In this document: one piece after another, positions 10,854-19,478 of the stretch
Layout: each line of letters opens with the position of its first letter
Position numbering within the stretch: position 1 is the stretch's first letter
Source: Endomicrobiales bacterium
GTDB lineage: Bacteria > Elusimicrobiota > Endomicrobiia > Endomicrobiales > CAWCFT01
DNA: 64,000 nucleotides
Assembly: GCA_963794945.1 (NCBI GenBank)
Contig: CAWCFT010000001.1
Coordinates: 192,001 to 256,000 of the forward strand
Reading direction: 5' to 3'
The notes under the pieces: generated by a model
What the model was told of the DNA's origin: nothing
The model's input: the letters and a program-made list of their open reading frames with translations, nothing else
The model's database searches: none
Program-made: the position numbers and the translations under genes

Positions 10854-12407
10854 TCAATCGTTTTTCCGCGGGACGTACACCTCTATGGGCATTATCCTGC
10901 CCATCCAGCAGTTCGCGGGCAGTGTTGCCGTCAGCGTGTAGTTTTTCTTTATCCCCGCCATCATGTCGTCCGGAAAAGGGTCAAGGCCTGTTGTTATCAT
11001 GCCGAAATATTTGTTGTCAAGCTTTTGTAAAAAAGCGGTTTTGTCTATACGGTAGTTGACCGGCCAGGCGGCAAGGCCGAAAGTGGCGTACTCGTATTCA
11101 GAAATACCGCCGTTGACAACGAACACGCCTATTGTGCGCCCCCCGAAGAAATGTTTGTTTGCCGACCCGGCGTACATTTTACCCAACGTGGAATAATAGT
11201 TTTCCATAACGTAGCGCGCGGGCTCAAGCCTGTTGTTGAGTTTTTTTAATACCGGCGCTATAGCCTCTGCGGCCGATGTGCCGTACAACATCATACAGCT
11301 AAGGAGTACCACGGCGCTTGCTTTGGTTATCATCCCGTGTTCAGTCTTGCCTGTTTCCTGCTCGATAAGCCCCATTATGAACTGCCCGCAAGAAACTATC
11401 ATCGCTATCCATAGCGTGAACACGTAGTTGAGCCCGCCGAAGTTGTTTCCCAGCATATAACCTAGCAGTGGAACGCTTACTATTACGAACACATTCCACG
11501 AGGATATTTTTCTTTTTATGAAGATGTTGTAGGCCAGCGCGAGCGCGGTTATTATGGTTATTACCCACTCAGCCTTTAGAAAACTTGTCAGCCGTGCCTT
11601 CCCGAAACCGAAATTTGTTGGTATTACATCCCTTAAATAGAAAACAGTGGAATTTAAAAAACTGAAGTTGTTAGTAATTTCCAGGTATAAACACATGACT
11701 CCCGACAAAACACCAAAGACGAGGGCATACCTGAGCAAATATTTAAAGTCCCGTTCAGTGATAATCAGCGCGGCAAACACACTGACAGCCGCTATAACCG
11801 CCTGCTGTTTGGTAAACAGGGCAAGGAACGTCATAACGGCGCTTAGATCAAGATAAACTGTTTTCCGTTCGTCAATGAACATCTGCATGAAATATATGCT
11901 AAGCGCTGTAAACAACGCGAACAACGCGTTCACGCTGAAATGCATCTCTTCTACCAGTATGCCGTCCTTCATTAAAACCAGCGACAACGTCAGCGCCAAA
12001 GCGGCGAACACGCCCGTCTTGCTTTTCCCCGCCCGAAATGACAAGAACACCACAACAAATACCCCAATTAACGAAATCAGCGACACCCGCCGCCCCAGCG
12101 CCATATTAAAGCCGAGGATATTTGACAATAACGCCGCCGCGTAATAAAATACCGGCGTATAAATGTTAATGATGCTCCCTTTGTTCCAGTCCGAATAAAG
12201 GGGCAGATGATGGATAACGCGGGCAACAAGGCTAAGCTCGTCACCATCGGTAGGTTCCCAGTCAAACGGAAAATTGCAAACGTGGACGGCGTACGTTATA
12301 AAATAGTAAAAAACAAGCAAACACAAGCCTATCAGCATGGCCGTGACTGCGTTTATCAACACGTCGTACATCGTGATTTTATTGTTCATTAAATGTTTCA
12401 ACTCCAC
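10854..12407 (-). CDS. Polytopic membrane protein, GT-C/ArnT-like glycosyltransferase
   Basis: Many TM helices; acidic motif after TM1 (DWEPTDGDE), IYTP, FTKQ. Confidence 0.6.
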   Translation of the reverse strand: MELKHLMNNKITMYDVLINAVTAMLIGLCLLVFYYFITYAVHVCNFPFDWEPTDGDELSLVARVIHHLPLYSDWNKGSIINIYTPVFYYAAALLSNILGFNMALGRRVSLISLIGVFVVVFLSFRAGKSKTGVFAALALTLSLVLMKDGILVEEMHFSVNALFALFTALSIYFMQMFIDERKTVYLDLSAVMTFLALFTKQQAVIAAVSVFAALIITERDFKYLLRYALVFGVLSGVMCLYLEITNNFSFLNSTVFYLRDVIPTNFGFGKARLTSFLKAEWVITIITALALAYNIFIKRKISSWNVFVIVSVPLLGYMLGNNFGGLNYVFTLWIAMIVSCGQFIMGLIEQETGKTEHGMITKASAVVLLSCMMLYGTSAAEAIAPVLKKLNNRLEPARYVMENYYSTLGKMYAGSANKHFFGGRTIGVFVVNGGISEYEYATFGLAAWPVNYRIDKTAFLQKLDNKYFGMITTGLDPFPDDMMAGIKKNYTLTATLPANCWMGRIMPIEVYVPRKND

Positions 12408-12454
12408 CTGAATGGCGAAACCCCCGGTGGAATGTTGAACAAACGCAGATTATT

Positions 12455-12730
12455 TTATTTCTTGTTTTTGTTTGCGTCGATTGCGGCCATTTTGAGCTCC
12501 TGGTTGACCTGGTCAAGCAGCTCTTTTGCTCTTTGAGCATGCCCACCCATGTCAAACTCGTTGGCGACCTGCGCCGCGGAAATTCTATTGTAAGCCTGGT
12601 CAACGAGCCTCTGGGCCGCGGCAAGATTCGGATGCTTTTTCCCGCTGATATTTCTTACCGGCTCCGCAAAAGACACGCCAACTGCCATTAAAAATATACC
12701 GACAATTGTTAAGACGATGGTTTTTTTCAT
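12455..12730 (-). CDS. Small secreted helical protein
   Basis: ggagg RBS, signal peptide, HPNLAAAQ...MGGHAQRAKELL. Confidence 0.75.
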   Translation of the reverse strand: MKKTIVLTIVGIFLMAVGVSFAEPVRNISGKKHPNLAAAQRLVDQAYNRISAAQVANEFDMGGHAQRAKELLDQVNQELKMAAIDANKNKK

Positions 12731-12893
12731 TTTTTTGCCTCCTGAGATTTTATGTAACTTTTACGGCTAAAAATATTTGCTATCCTTGTTTCCTGCCTTC
12801 TAGTGCTCACCTCCTTTAAGCCCACATTTCGCAACGTATTTTACTAAATATAGAATATGTCAAAATAGATTAGAACCGTCACCATTTATAGAA

Positions 12894-13547
12894 TTATTTT
12901 TCTAACAATATCGTGCGATTAGTGTTAGTGTTATTGTTATTGATGAACTCTCCATATTTCCTAATGACAATATCCGTGATTTTGCCATTTATGTATATAA
13001 AAAATGGTACCGCGATAAGAAAAACGAGTATTTCAATTGTTTTAAAAATGATCTCACCGCCATCGATTTTTGCGAAGAAAGGAACAAGGATAGCAAGAAT
13101 TATTCCAATTACCATAGCCGGCGCTATTGTAATCAAAGCTGTTCGCCACAATATTGTCCAGCCAATAAATCTTTTTATTGCAAGCCTGTATATCTTGCGC
13201 CCCGCGTATTTGGCCACATGATCAGTTACAATAACAAGTAAAATGACACTTAACAACCTTAATAAATTTAATAGAAGAAATGTAATTGTATTTAGATGTA
13301 TTGGCACAAATATTAATGCAAACATTGCCATTAATGGAACTGAAGCAACAGTTTGTCTCCAAAGCACAAACCAACTAAGAGCAAAAATGTGTTTGTCCGC
13401 AAACTCTTTGAATGTGCGCGGCAAAATATTATCTGTCGATTTGTTGTCGGGTTCAAGAAAAATGGTATTATAACCTACTTTTTGTCCGCACAAATCACAG
13501 TAAATACTATCGTCTTTGATGTTTTGTTTGCATTTAGGGCAAATCAT
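12894..13547 (-). CDS. Zinc-ribbon membrane protein
   Basis: N-terminal CPKC...CDLC and four TM segments; AT-rich. Confidence 0.7.
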   Translation of the reverse strand: MICPKCKQNIKDDSIYCDLCGQKVGYNTIFLEPDNKSTDNILPRTFKEFADKHIFALSWFVLWRQTVASVPLMAMFALIFVPIHLNTITFLLLNLLRLLSVILLVIVTDHVAKYAGRKIYRLAIKRFIGWTILWRTALITIAPAMVIGIILAILVPFFAKIDGGEIIFKTIEILVFLIAVPFFIYINGKITDIVIRKYGEFINNNNTNTNRTILLEK

Positions 13548-13621
13548 TTCAAGCTCCTTGCGTCAATTTGTATCTTTGTCTTACCCACTTTTCTTACAAA
13601 CTCTCAACTTTGCATGAGAAT

Positions 13622-13870
13622 TTACAGCACCATTTTTACTGCCGGGTGCTTGCCAAGCGCTGCAGACAAATTAACCCGTTCATCATCGCAGGTTACTTTT
13701 GCTTTGACATTCAACGAAATGTATTTCCCGGCTTTGCTCTTTTTTGAGAATTCAACACTGTGTTCTTTGCCGCTGCAGCACTCCGCCACGGCGCTGCGCA
13801 GCAGGGCCTCGTCCGCGCCGATAACGGTGTAATCCCATTCGCAGGGGTACGTTATTTTGGGTTTATCCAT
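13622..13870 (-). CDS. DUF493/YbeD family protein
   Basis: ITYPCEWDYTVIG, SKAGKYISL, HPAVKMVL. Confidence 0.85.
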   Translation of the reverse strand: MDKPKITYPCEWDYTVIGADEALLRSAVAECCSGKEHSVEFSKKSKAGKYISLNVKAKVTCDDERVNLSAALGKHPAVKMVL

Positions 13871-14082
13871 AATTTATCTCCTATAGCAATAAGCTAGCCG
13901 GATTATATTTACTTACCCGCCTCTTCGGTGGGTCAATTTTGCCTGCAAAATTGAAAAAGCCACACCACGCCCGGGGCGCTATGCGGCTCACTGTTTAAAA
14001 TATATTTTCCTTTTAATGTTTTGGCTAGCCACACGATATTTCCCTCGATACGTGCAGGACTTTGACGGTTAACAGACACTTC

Positions 14083-15075
14083 TCATTTATGCCAGAACCA
14101 GGTTTCGTAGACGAAATCGCCCTCGGCCTGGAGCTTCTTTTTTACTTCCTTGATATCCGATGCGCGCTTGATCGTTATCTTTGAGGGATCTCTTTTGTCT
14201 TTTAGCTTAGCGACGCCCATTTTCTTTATTAGCATTATGTCATCTAGCCCGGATTTAGTGAAGTTAACCGCGGACGGGCCCTCGAGCTCCTTGATGGGCT
14301 CGCGGCAGGCGAAAACGTATACGTATTCTTTTCCGGTGATCTCGTCCATCTCGTAGAGTTTCTTTTCGTTGGGCAGCCAGGCGCCAACAGCGGGCACAAC
14401 GGGGTTGTTAGCTGTTTCGTATTCCGCGTTAGGGAAAAGCCGGAACGACTTGCCAAGCGAGTCTATCTGGTACACATATATGTAGCAGGGGTCGCTGGGG
14501 TTTATGTACAGCGAGTAGCCGTCGCCCGAAGTAAGGACGCTGTTCTCGTCCATCAACTGCATCTTTCCTTTTGCGTCTTCGTAATAGAACAGTATGTCCG
14601 CGGAAAGCTTTATGTTGTTCTCTTTGGAAATCCTGTCGAACTCCTCTTTAGGGATCTTTAGCAGTACGAACGCCTTAACTGAACCGCCCGACCTGTCAAA
14701 ATACCAGTCCTGAGGGATGGAACCCGTGACAAAAGCGTTGGCCCTTATAAGGCTGCCCGCGCGCAGGTCGGAAGACTGGCTGGTTTTGCCGTTGACCTTG
14801 GAGTAAAGCTCTATGCTCCTGTCGAAAGACTGCACGTCCACGCGGCAGTATTTTACAAAGGCCTCGGTGGCGTCAGAGAGGGCTAATTTTTTCGCCTCGT
14901 CTTTGGTCTTGCAGGGGTTGGAGCGGCCGACTGAATAAATGAAATCCCCGTCTTTGTATATGTTTTTGTCCAGCCAGGATGGAGAAGAAGATTCGCTTGC
15001 TGCAGACGAGTAAAGCGGTTGAAAGGAAGTTGCAAGCAACAGGAAAGGAACAAACAGCAGGAGACATTTTTTCAC
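14083..15075 (-). CDS. Exported protein with LPP20-like N-terminus and DUF4384 domain
   Basis: PSW...YSVGRS...AKKLAL N-terminal pattern; CYIYVYQIDSLG...LFPN...GKEYVYVFA. Confidence 0.7.
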   Translation of the reverse strand: MKKCLLLFVPFLLLATSFQPLYSSAASESSSPSWLDKNIYKDGDFIYSVGRSNPCKTKDEAKKLALSDATEAFVKYCRVDVQSFDRSIELYSKVNGKTSQSSDLRAGSLIRANAFVTGSIPQDWYFDRSGGSVKAFVLLKIPKEEFDRISKENNIKLSADILFYYEDAKGKMQLMDENSVLTSGDGYSLYINPSDPCYIYVYQIDSLGKSFRLFPNAEYETANNPVVPAVGAWLPNEKKLYEMDEITGKEYVYVFACREPIKELEGPSAVNFTKSGLDDIMLIKKMGVAKLKDKRDPSKITIKRASDIKEVKKKLQAEGDFVYETWFWHK

Positions 15076-15197
15076 CGGCCCGCCTCCAGTTGAGATCGTT
15101 TATCCCGCAAGGCGGGATTGATTTCACAGATTTTTACAGAGATTTCACAAATTAAAGCTGGTCGATGTATCTGTGTAATCAGGGCCTACTGCAGGTC

Positions 15198-15508
15198 CTA
15201 TTTAACGTATTTTTCCGGGTTAGCCTTGAACTGCGCCGCGCACGACGGGCAGCACATATAATATACCTTGCCATTGTATTTGAAGGCCTTGGTGTCTTTT
15301 CCCACGACTACTTTTTCTCCCATGACGGGGCACTGTGTCACCGTGCCGTAATTGCCAGTGTCGGGCAGGAAATCTTCGACTACACCGGCCGGCTGCGCTG
15401 GACAACCGGGGCCGGAGGCTGAACTGTCGCCTGAGGCGCGGTTTTCTTCCCGCAGGCCGCAATAGAAAACACGGCTATCATTGAGGCTAACACAAAATAT
15501 TTATTCAT
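15198..15508 (-). CDS. YHS-domain lipoprotein (frameshift near 15400; missed by ORF track)
   Basis: ggagg RBS; MNKYFVLASMIAVFSIAAC lipobox; after a 1-nt shift CPVMGEKVVVGKDTKAFKYNGKVYYMCCPSCAAQFKANPEKYVK*. Confidence 0.82.
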
Positions 15509-15596
15509 TTTATTCCTCCGTAGGTGCCGTCAGGAACGTATTCCCCGTTTTGACGTCATGTGAAGTGAAAAGCTCTGTTAGTGCAGTTTTTAAAAA

Positions 15597-15670
15597 CGCG
15601 CCCAAGAGGAGTTGAACCTCTAACCTTTTGATTCGTAGTCAAACGCTCTATCCAGTTGAGCTATGGGCGC
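15597..15670 (-). tRNA. tRNA-Arg (ACG)
   Basis: GCGCCCATAGCTCAACTGGATAGAGCG-TTTGA-CTACGAA-TCAAA-AGGTTAGAGGTTCAACTCCTCTTGGGCGCG cloverleaf; no encoded CCA. Confidence 0.96.
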
Positions 15671-15685
15671 AATATTATCTGGCTC

Positions 15686-15714
15686 ATTATAGCTAATATT
15701 ATATTACAAATCAA
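15686..15714 (-). promoter_or_regulatory. sigma70-like promoter of tRNA-Arg
   Basis: TTGATT-17-TATAAT. Confidence 0.7.
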
Positions 15715-15768
15715 TTATAGGATTGCGCGACTACAGGTGGTTTAATACATAGAGGGGTAAAGGTGCGT

Positions 15769-18700
15769 TTAACCGGCAGTAATGATGCCCATTATAGCGT
15801 CAAGCCTGATGTTGTTCCTATTCGCGACGTTGTACCGTTTCACGGGCGTGTCGCTGTCAACGATGTCCATGCATTCTATAAGCCCCGAAATAGAATACAC
15901 GCTGGGGCCGGACATCTCGCCGGCGTTGTAAGGAGCGTTGCCGCTATAAACCTCCGGCACTGTGCCTTCTTTCGCGACGAACAACAGGTTGTTCAAACGG
16001 CGCTTCAATTCTTCTTTCGCGGAAGAGTATGCACTGCCGCTTTTATTCCTGACAAGGCTGAGTTTGGCGTAAAAATATGATGAAAGGAAATACGGCCAGG
16101 CGGCGCCCTGGTAATCCGTGTATCTTTTTTCTTTCGCCGCAGTGGCCATTTCACCGGCTCCATAATAGTTCTCGTTATCCGGAGACAACGACCTCAGCCC
16201 GTACGGCGTGTATAACTGCTTTTCCACCGTATTGACTATCATATCTTTTCTCTCATCGCTTAGAAGGCCGTCGTTTTCACTGAGCGATATAAGCAGCAGT
16301 GCGTGCGGGCGCACGTCGTGTTTTACCGACGCGTTCCCGTCAAGCACGTCATAGGGGTATATTTCACCGTTACCGAAATACCGTTCGTTGATTGAGCGCC
16401 CTGTCTTGAGGCTTAACTCATCATACAGGTTTGACAAGCTGGGCTCACCGCCAACATTGTTCAGGTCGCGTGCCGCACACAAGGCGTTATAGAACAAAGC
16501 CTGTATCTCAACCGGTTTGCCGCCGCGCGGCACAGTTAGACGACCGCCGTACTGAGTATCCATCTGTGTTGAATAGTCCGGCACAACGACAAGGTGGTCG
16601 TTCTTATCCATGTGAACCGCACCGGCCTCTTTCATGTAGCACTGCATTATCCTGTTAACGACCGGAAGCTTTTCCCTGATATATTCGTTCTTGGCAGCAT
16701 CATGGGCCGTGCAGTAGTACCGGTTGAGGACTTCAATGAACCAGAGCGGCGCGTCAGAAGACGTGTAATCGCCGGATCCATCCTGCCGGATCATGCCGGG
16801 TATCATCCCGTCGGCATTCTGCAGGCCGGCCAGATAAGTGAGTATCTTTTTTACTTCCTCATACCTTCCGGTAGAAAGCAGGGCGCCCGAAAGCCCCATG
16901 AGTTTAGCCCGCATATCGCCGAGGCCGTTTTCCGCGTACTCCACGGTGAGGTGAGCGCTGTCCTTCCCGTCCCGCAGAAGGTAGGTGTCTTCTTCGGCTA
17001 GAAGTTTTTTCAGGATATCCGAATCCTGGCTAATGTGCCCGCCTGTGCTTTTGACGTAATTTTTATAATACGCGTTCTCGACATATCCTTTTATGTAGCC
17101 GCATAGTTCGTTGTTGGCGCGCAGAACATCCTTTGTATCGTGATACGAGTTCGCTCTCCGCTGCATTGATTTTATGTCGTTCCATAGGGCCGGGGCATCC
17201 TTTTCGGTCAAACCTATTCTATTGAGCGCCAGATATATCTCGGAAAATACGCCTTTTTTTGATACCTGGTACTCAAGCGCTTTTGACAGCTGCCAGCCGT
17301 TGTCGACAAGCGCCGACGCCTCGGACTCCTTTAGCGGCATGGCGCAGCCCCTTGAGTACCCGTCGGCAAAAGCCCGCGCTTCATTGTACGATGAAGGCCC
17401 CATTATCGAGGCCTTTAATGACTCCATGAACGAGATAAGATTGAATTTCCCCGGGACGGATACGTTAATTATGTCCTCTGAACGAACTCTAAAACTGACA
17501 TACGAATCGACACCCGAACCGCCCATCTTGTTTAAGGAATCCACCAAAAGGTTTTGGATCTGATTTTGGCTTATGTCGCCGGTCAACCTGACCCACAGCC
17601 TGCCTTTATTGCCGGCCTCATTACTGACTATCTGTGGGGAGATATCGTTTTCCGATGATACATTAAGCGTTGCATAAATATTTTTAGCCCGCCGCACGTG
17701 CGCGCTCGCGGTGTATCCCGTGTAGGGCTCTACGATGATGAGCGCCGAATGGTTTATGCCGCGTATCGTGTCGGCCAGCTCTGACAACAATATATCAGGC
17801 GTAAAGCCTGTTTCCTTGACAGTGCTGTACGCGTCCATGCCGCTAAGCCTGCCTCCGTCGAAACCGAAGCCTTTGAACCAGAATTCCAGGTTATCCTTAA
17901 ACGGCTTGAACTTAAGAGATTCCATCGCGTGCCAGTTATTAAGGACGGTTTCAGTTCTTACCTGCCCGTTCACGAAGGGCGAAACAAGGTTCCCGGCGTT
18001 GTCCTTAAAATGCTCCGGGTGGAATACCACATCGCACGAATCCCTGCCGGCGAGCACTGTGTAATCCATCAGCACTTTCATGCCTTCTATTTTCTTGTGC
18101 ACTGTGCCGACAGCGGCCTTCAACTGCAGGTAAGCAACGTAATTCATGTATTCATACACGGCACGGTAGTTATCGTATTTAATTTTTGCCGCGTCGTCGA
18201 TGTGCGATTCCCAATATTCCAGTGTTGCCCTGCTGCTCAGCTTCTGGTCAGTTATCCTCTGGTACGCGAGATACCGTGAATAATCCCTTATCTCGTTCCA
18301 CCAGGGCGCATGGCGCTCGAACGCCTGGAATTTCTTCTGGCTGCTCTTGTCGCGCGCAAGCATCTGATACAGCTCGATGCCTGCGTAGAACTGGTTTTCG
18401 AACAAACCGTCGGCGTCTTTAGACCCTTCCGGCCTTTCATTAGGCAATATATTTTTTATTCTGCCGGCCTCGGCCGTTCCCATGCCCAGCCGGTCTGCCT
18501 CCTGCGCCCAATCAATGCGCGAGAGGTCAAAACCATAACTGCTGAAAGAACTATACAGCTGGCTGTCAACCTGCTTGGCTGGAAAGCACGGGTCAAGGAT
18601 CATTGTGTTGATGCCGGCTTTCGAGAGGCGTTCCGCTATTTCGGGGATATCGCTAAAGGTATTTATCGTCACGGCAGGGGCCAGCAGCGACGCGTCCTTC

Positions 18701-19365
18701 ATATCGGCGTAGTTCCTGTCGTTTAGAAGATCGAATTCCAGCGACATCTTTTGGAAGTACTCTTCCTGCCACAGGTCATATATGTAATTATTGAGCACAG
18801 CGCCCGTGTTGCCGTCGTAATTATTACGTCCGATAGAATTTATAGCGCCTTTAAATTCGGGATAAACGCCGCTGTCAGGGTCAGGGTTGTCGCTATCCGA
18901 TATAACCAGCACATTATCTGCGCTCAGCAGCGCCACCTTCATCATGTCAAGGCTGTTGTTACCTTCATTAACGACCGAATATTTTGTCAATTCAGGATTA
19001 AGGTCATTTTTAAGCTCATCCGAAACGGGCGTGACTCCGGCCGCGAACGTGTCAGTAAAGAACGGGTAAACCAGAGAATTCAGGAATTTGTCATTTGAAT
19101 ATTCGTCCTTAAGTATCCGCGGGCAGGCGTAAGCCGTTTCTATGTTGTTCATCAGTACTACAAACGGCTCCAGCGCCTGTGCATTGAACCCGGCGGACTC
19201 AAGCGACTGCCTGAATTCCCTTTTCCCTTCCCTAAGCTCTTTGAGGACGGCCAGCGTCCCGCGGCCTAGAATAAGCATAGAGCTTTGTTTTATCATTGGC
19301 TGAGCGGGGTTATCCGGCTGGCGGACAAGATCCGCTATCGCCTGAGCTTTAGGTGTAGTTTGCAC
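15769..19365 (-). CDS. Degenerate 4-alpha-glucanotransferase (GH77)-like + glycogen debranching (amylo-alpha-1,6-glucosidase)-like ORF; probably the C-terminus of the giant protein
   Basis: KVLMDYTVLAGRDSCDVVFHPEHF and FDGGRL (GH77-like); SSDAPLWF, RGGKPVEIQALFYNAL, LYTPYGLRSLSP (GDE C-terminal); frame stays open upstream across the giant ORF's stop codon. Confidence 0.75.
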   Translation of the reverse strand: MQTTPKAQAIADLVRQPDNPAQPMIKQSSMLILGRGTLAVLKELREGKREFRQSLESAGFNAQALEPFVVLMNNIETAYACPRILKDEYSNDKFLNSLVYPFFTDTFAAGVTPVSDELKNDLNPELTKYSVVNEGNNSLDMMKVALLSADNVLVISDSDNPDPDSGVYPEFKGAINSIGRNNYDGNTGAVLNNYIYDLWQEEYFQKMSLEFDLLNDRNYADMKDASLLAPAVTINTFSDIPEIAERLSKAGINTMILDPCFPAKQVDSQLYSSFSSYGFDLSRIDWAQEADRLGMGTAEAGRIKNILPNERPEGSKDADGLFENQFYAGIELYQMLARDKSSQKKFQAFERHAPWWNEIRDYSRYLAYQRITDQKLSSRATLEYWESHIDDAAKIKYDNYRAVYEYMNYVAYLQLKAAVGTVHKKIEGMKVLMDYTVLAGRDSCDVVFHPEHFKDNAGNLVSPFVNGQVRTETVLNNWHAMESLKFKPFKDNLEFWFKGFGFDGGRLSGMDAYSTVKETGFTPDILLSELADTIRGINHSALIIVEPYTGYTASAHVRRAKNIYATLNVSSENDISPQIVSNEAGNKGRLWVRLTGDISQNQIQNLLVDSLNKMGGSGVDSYVSFRVRSEDIINVSVPGKFNLISFMESLKASIMGPSSYNEARAFADGYSRGCAMPLKESEASALVDNGWQLSKALEYQVSKKGVFSEIYLALNRIGLTEKDAPALWNDIKSMQRRANSYHDTKDVLRANNELCGYIKGYVENAYYKNYVKSTGGHISQDSDILKKLLAEEDTYLLRDGKDSAHLTVEYAENGLGDMRAKLMGLSGALLSTGRYEEVKKILTYLAGLQNADGMIPGMIRQDGSGDYTSSDAPLWFIEVLNRYYCTAHDAAKNEYIREKLPVVNRIMQCYMKEAGAVHMDKNDHLVVVPDYSTQMDTQYGGRLTVPRGGKPVEIQALFYNALCAARDLNNVGGEPSLSNLYDELSLKTGRSINERYFGNGEIYPYDVLDGNASVKHDVRPHALLLISLSENDGLLSDERKDMIVNTVEKQLYTPYGLRSLSPDNENYYGAGEMATAAKEKRYTDYQGAAWPYFLSSYFYAKLSLVRNKSGSAYSSAKEELKRRLNNLLFVAKEGTVPEVYSGNAPYNAGEMSGPSVYSISGLIECMDIVDSDTPVKRYNVANRNNIRLDAIMGIITAG

Positions 19366-19478
19366 GTCATCAACAGCAATGGAAAGTATACCGGTTCTTT
19401 TTGTTATGCCGGCTTTGAACTTCTCTGCGTAGACAGTCGCGTTGACGCATGTATTGTTTACGTTAATTACTATATTGC

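Noticed and set aside
15597..15670. tRNA-Arg as an island integration site
   Set aside because: No integrase and no duplicated tRNA 3' end seen in the window.
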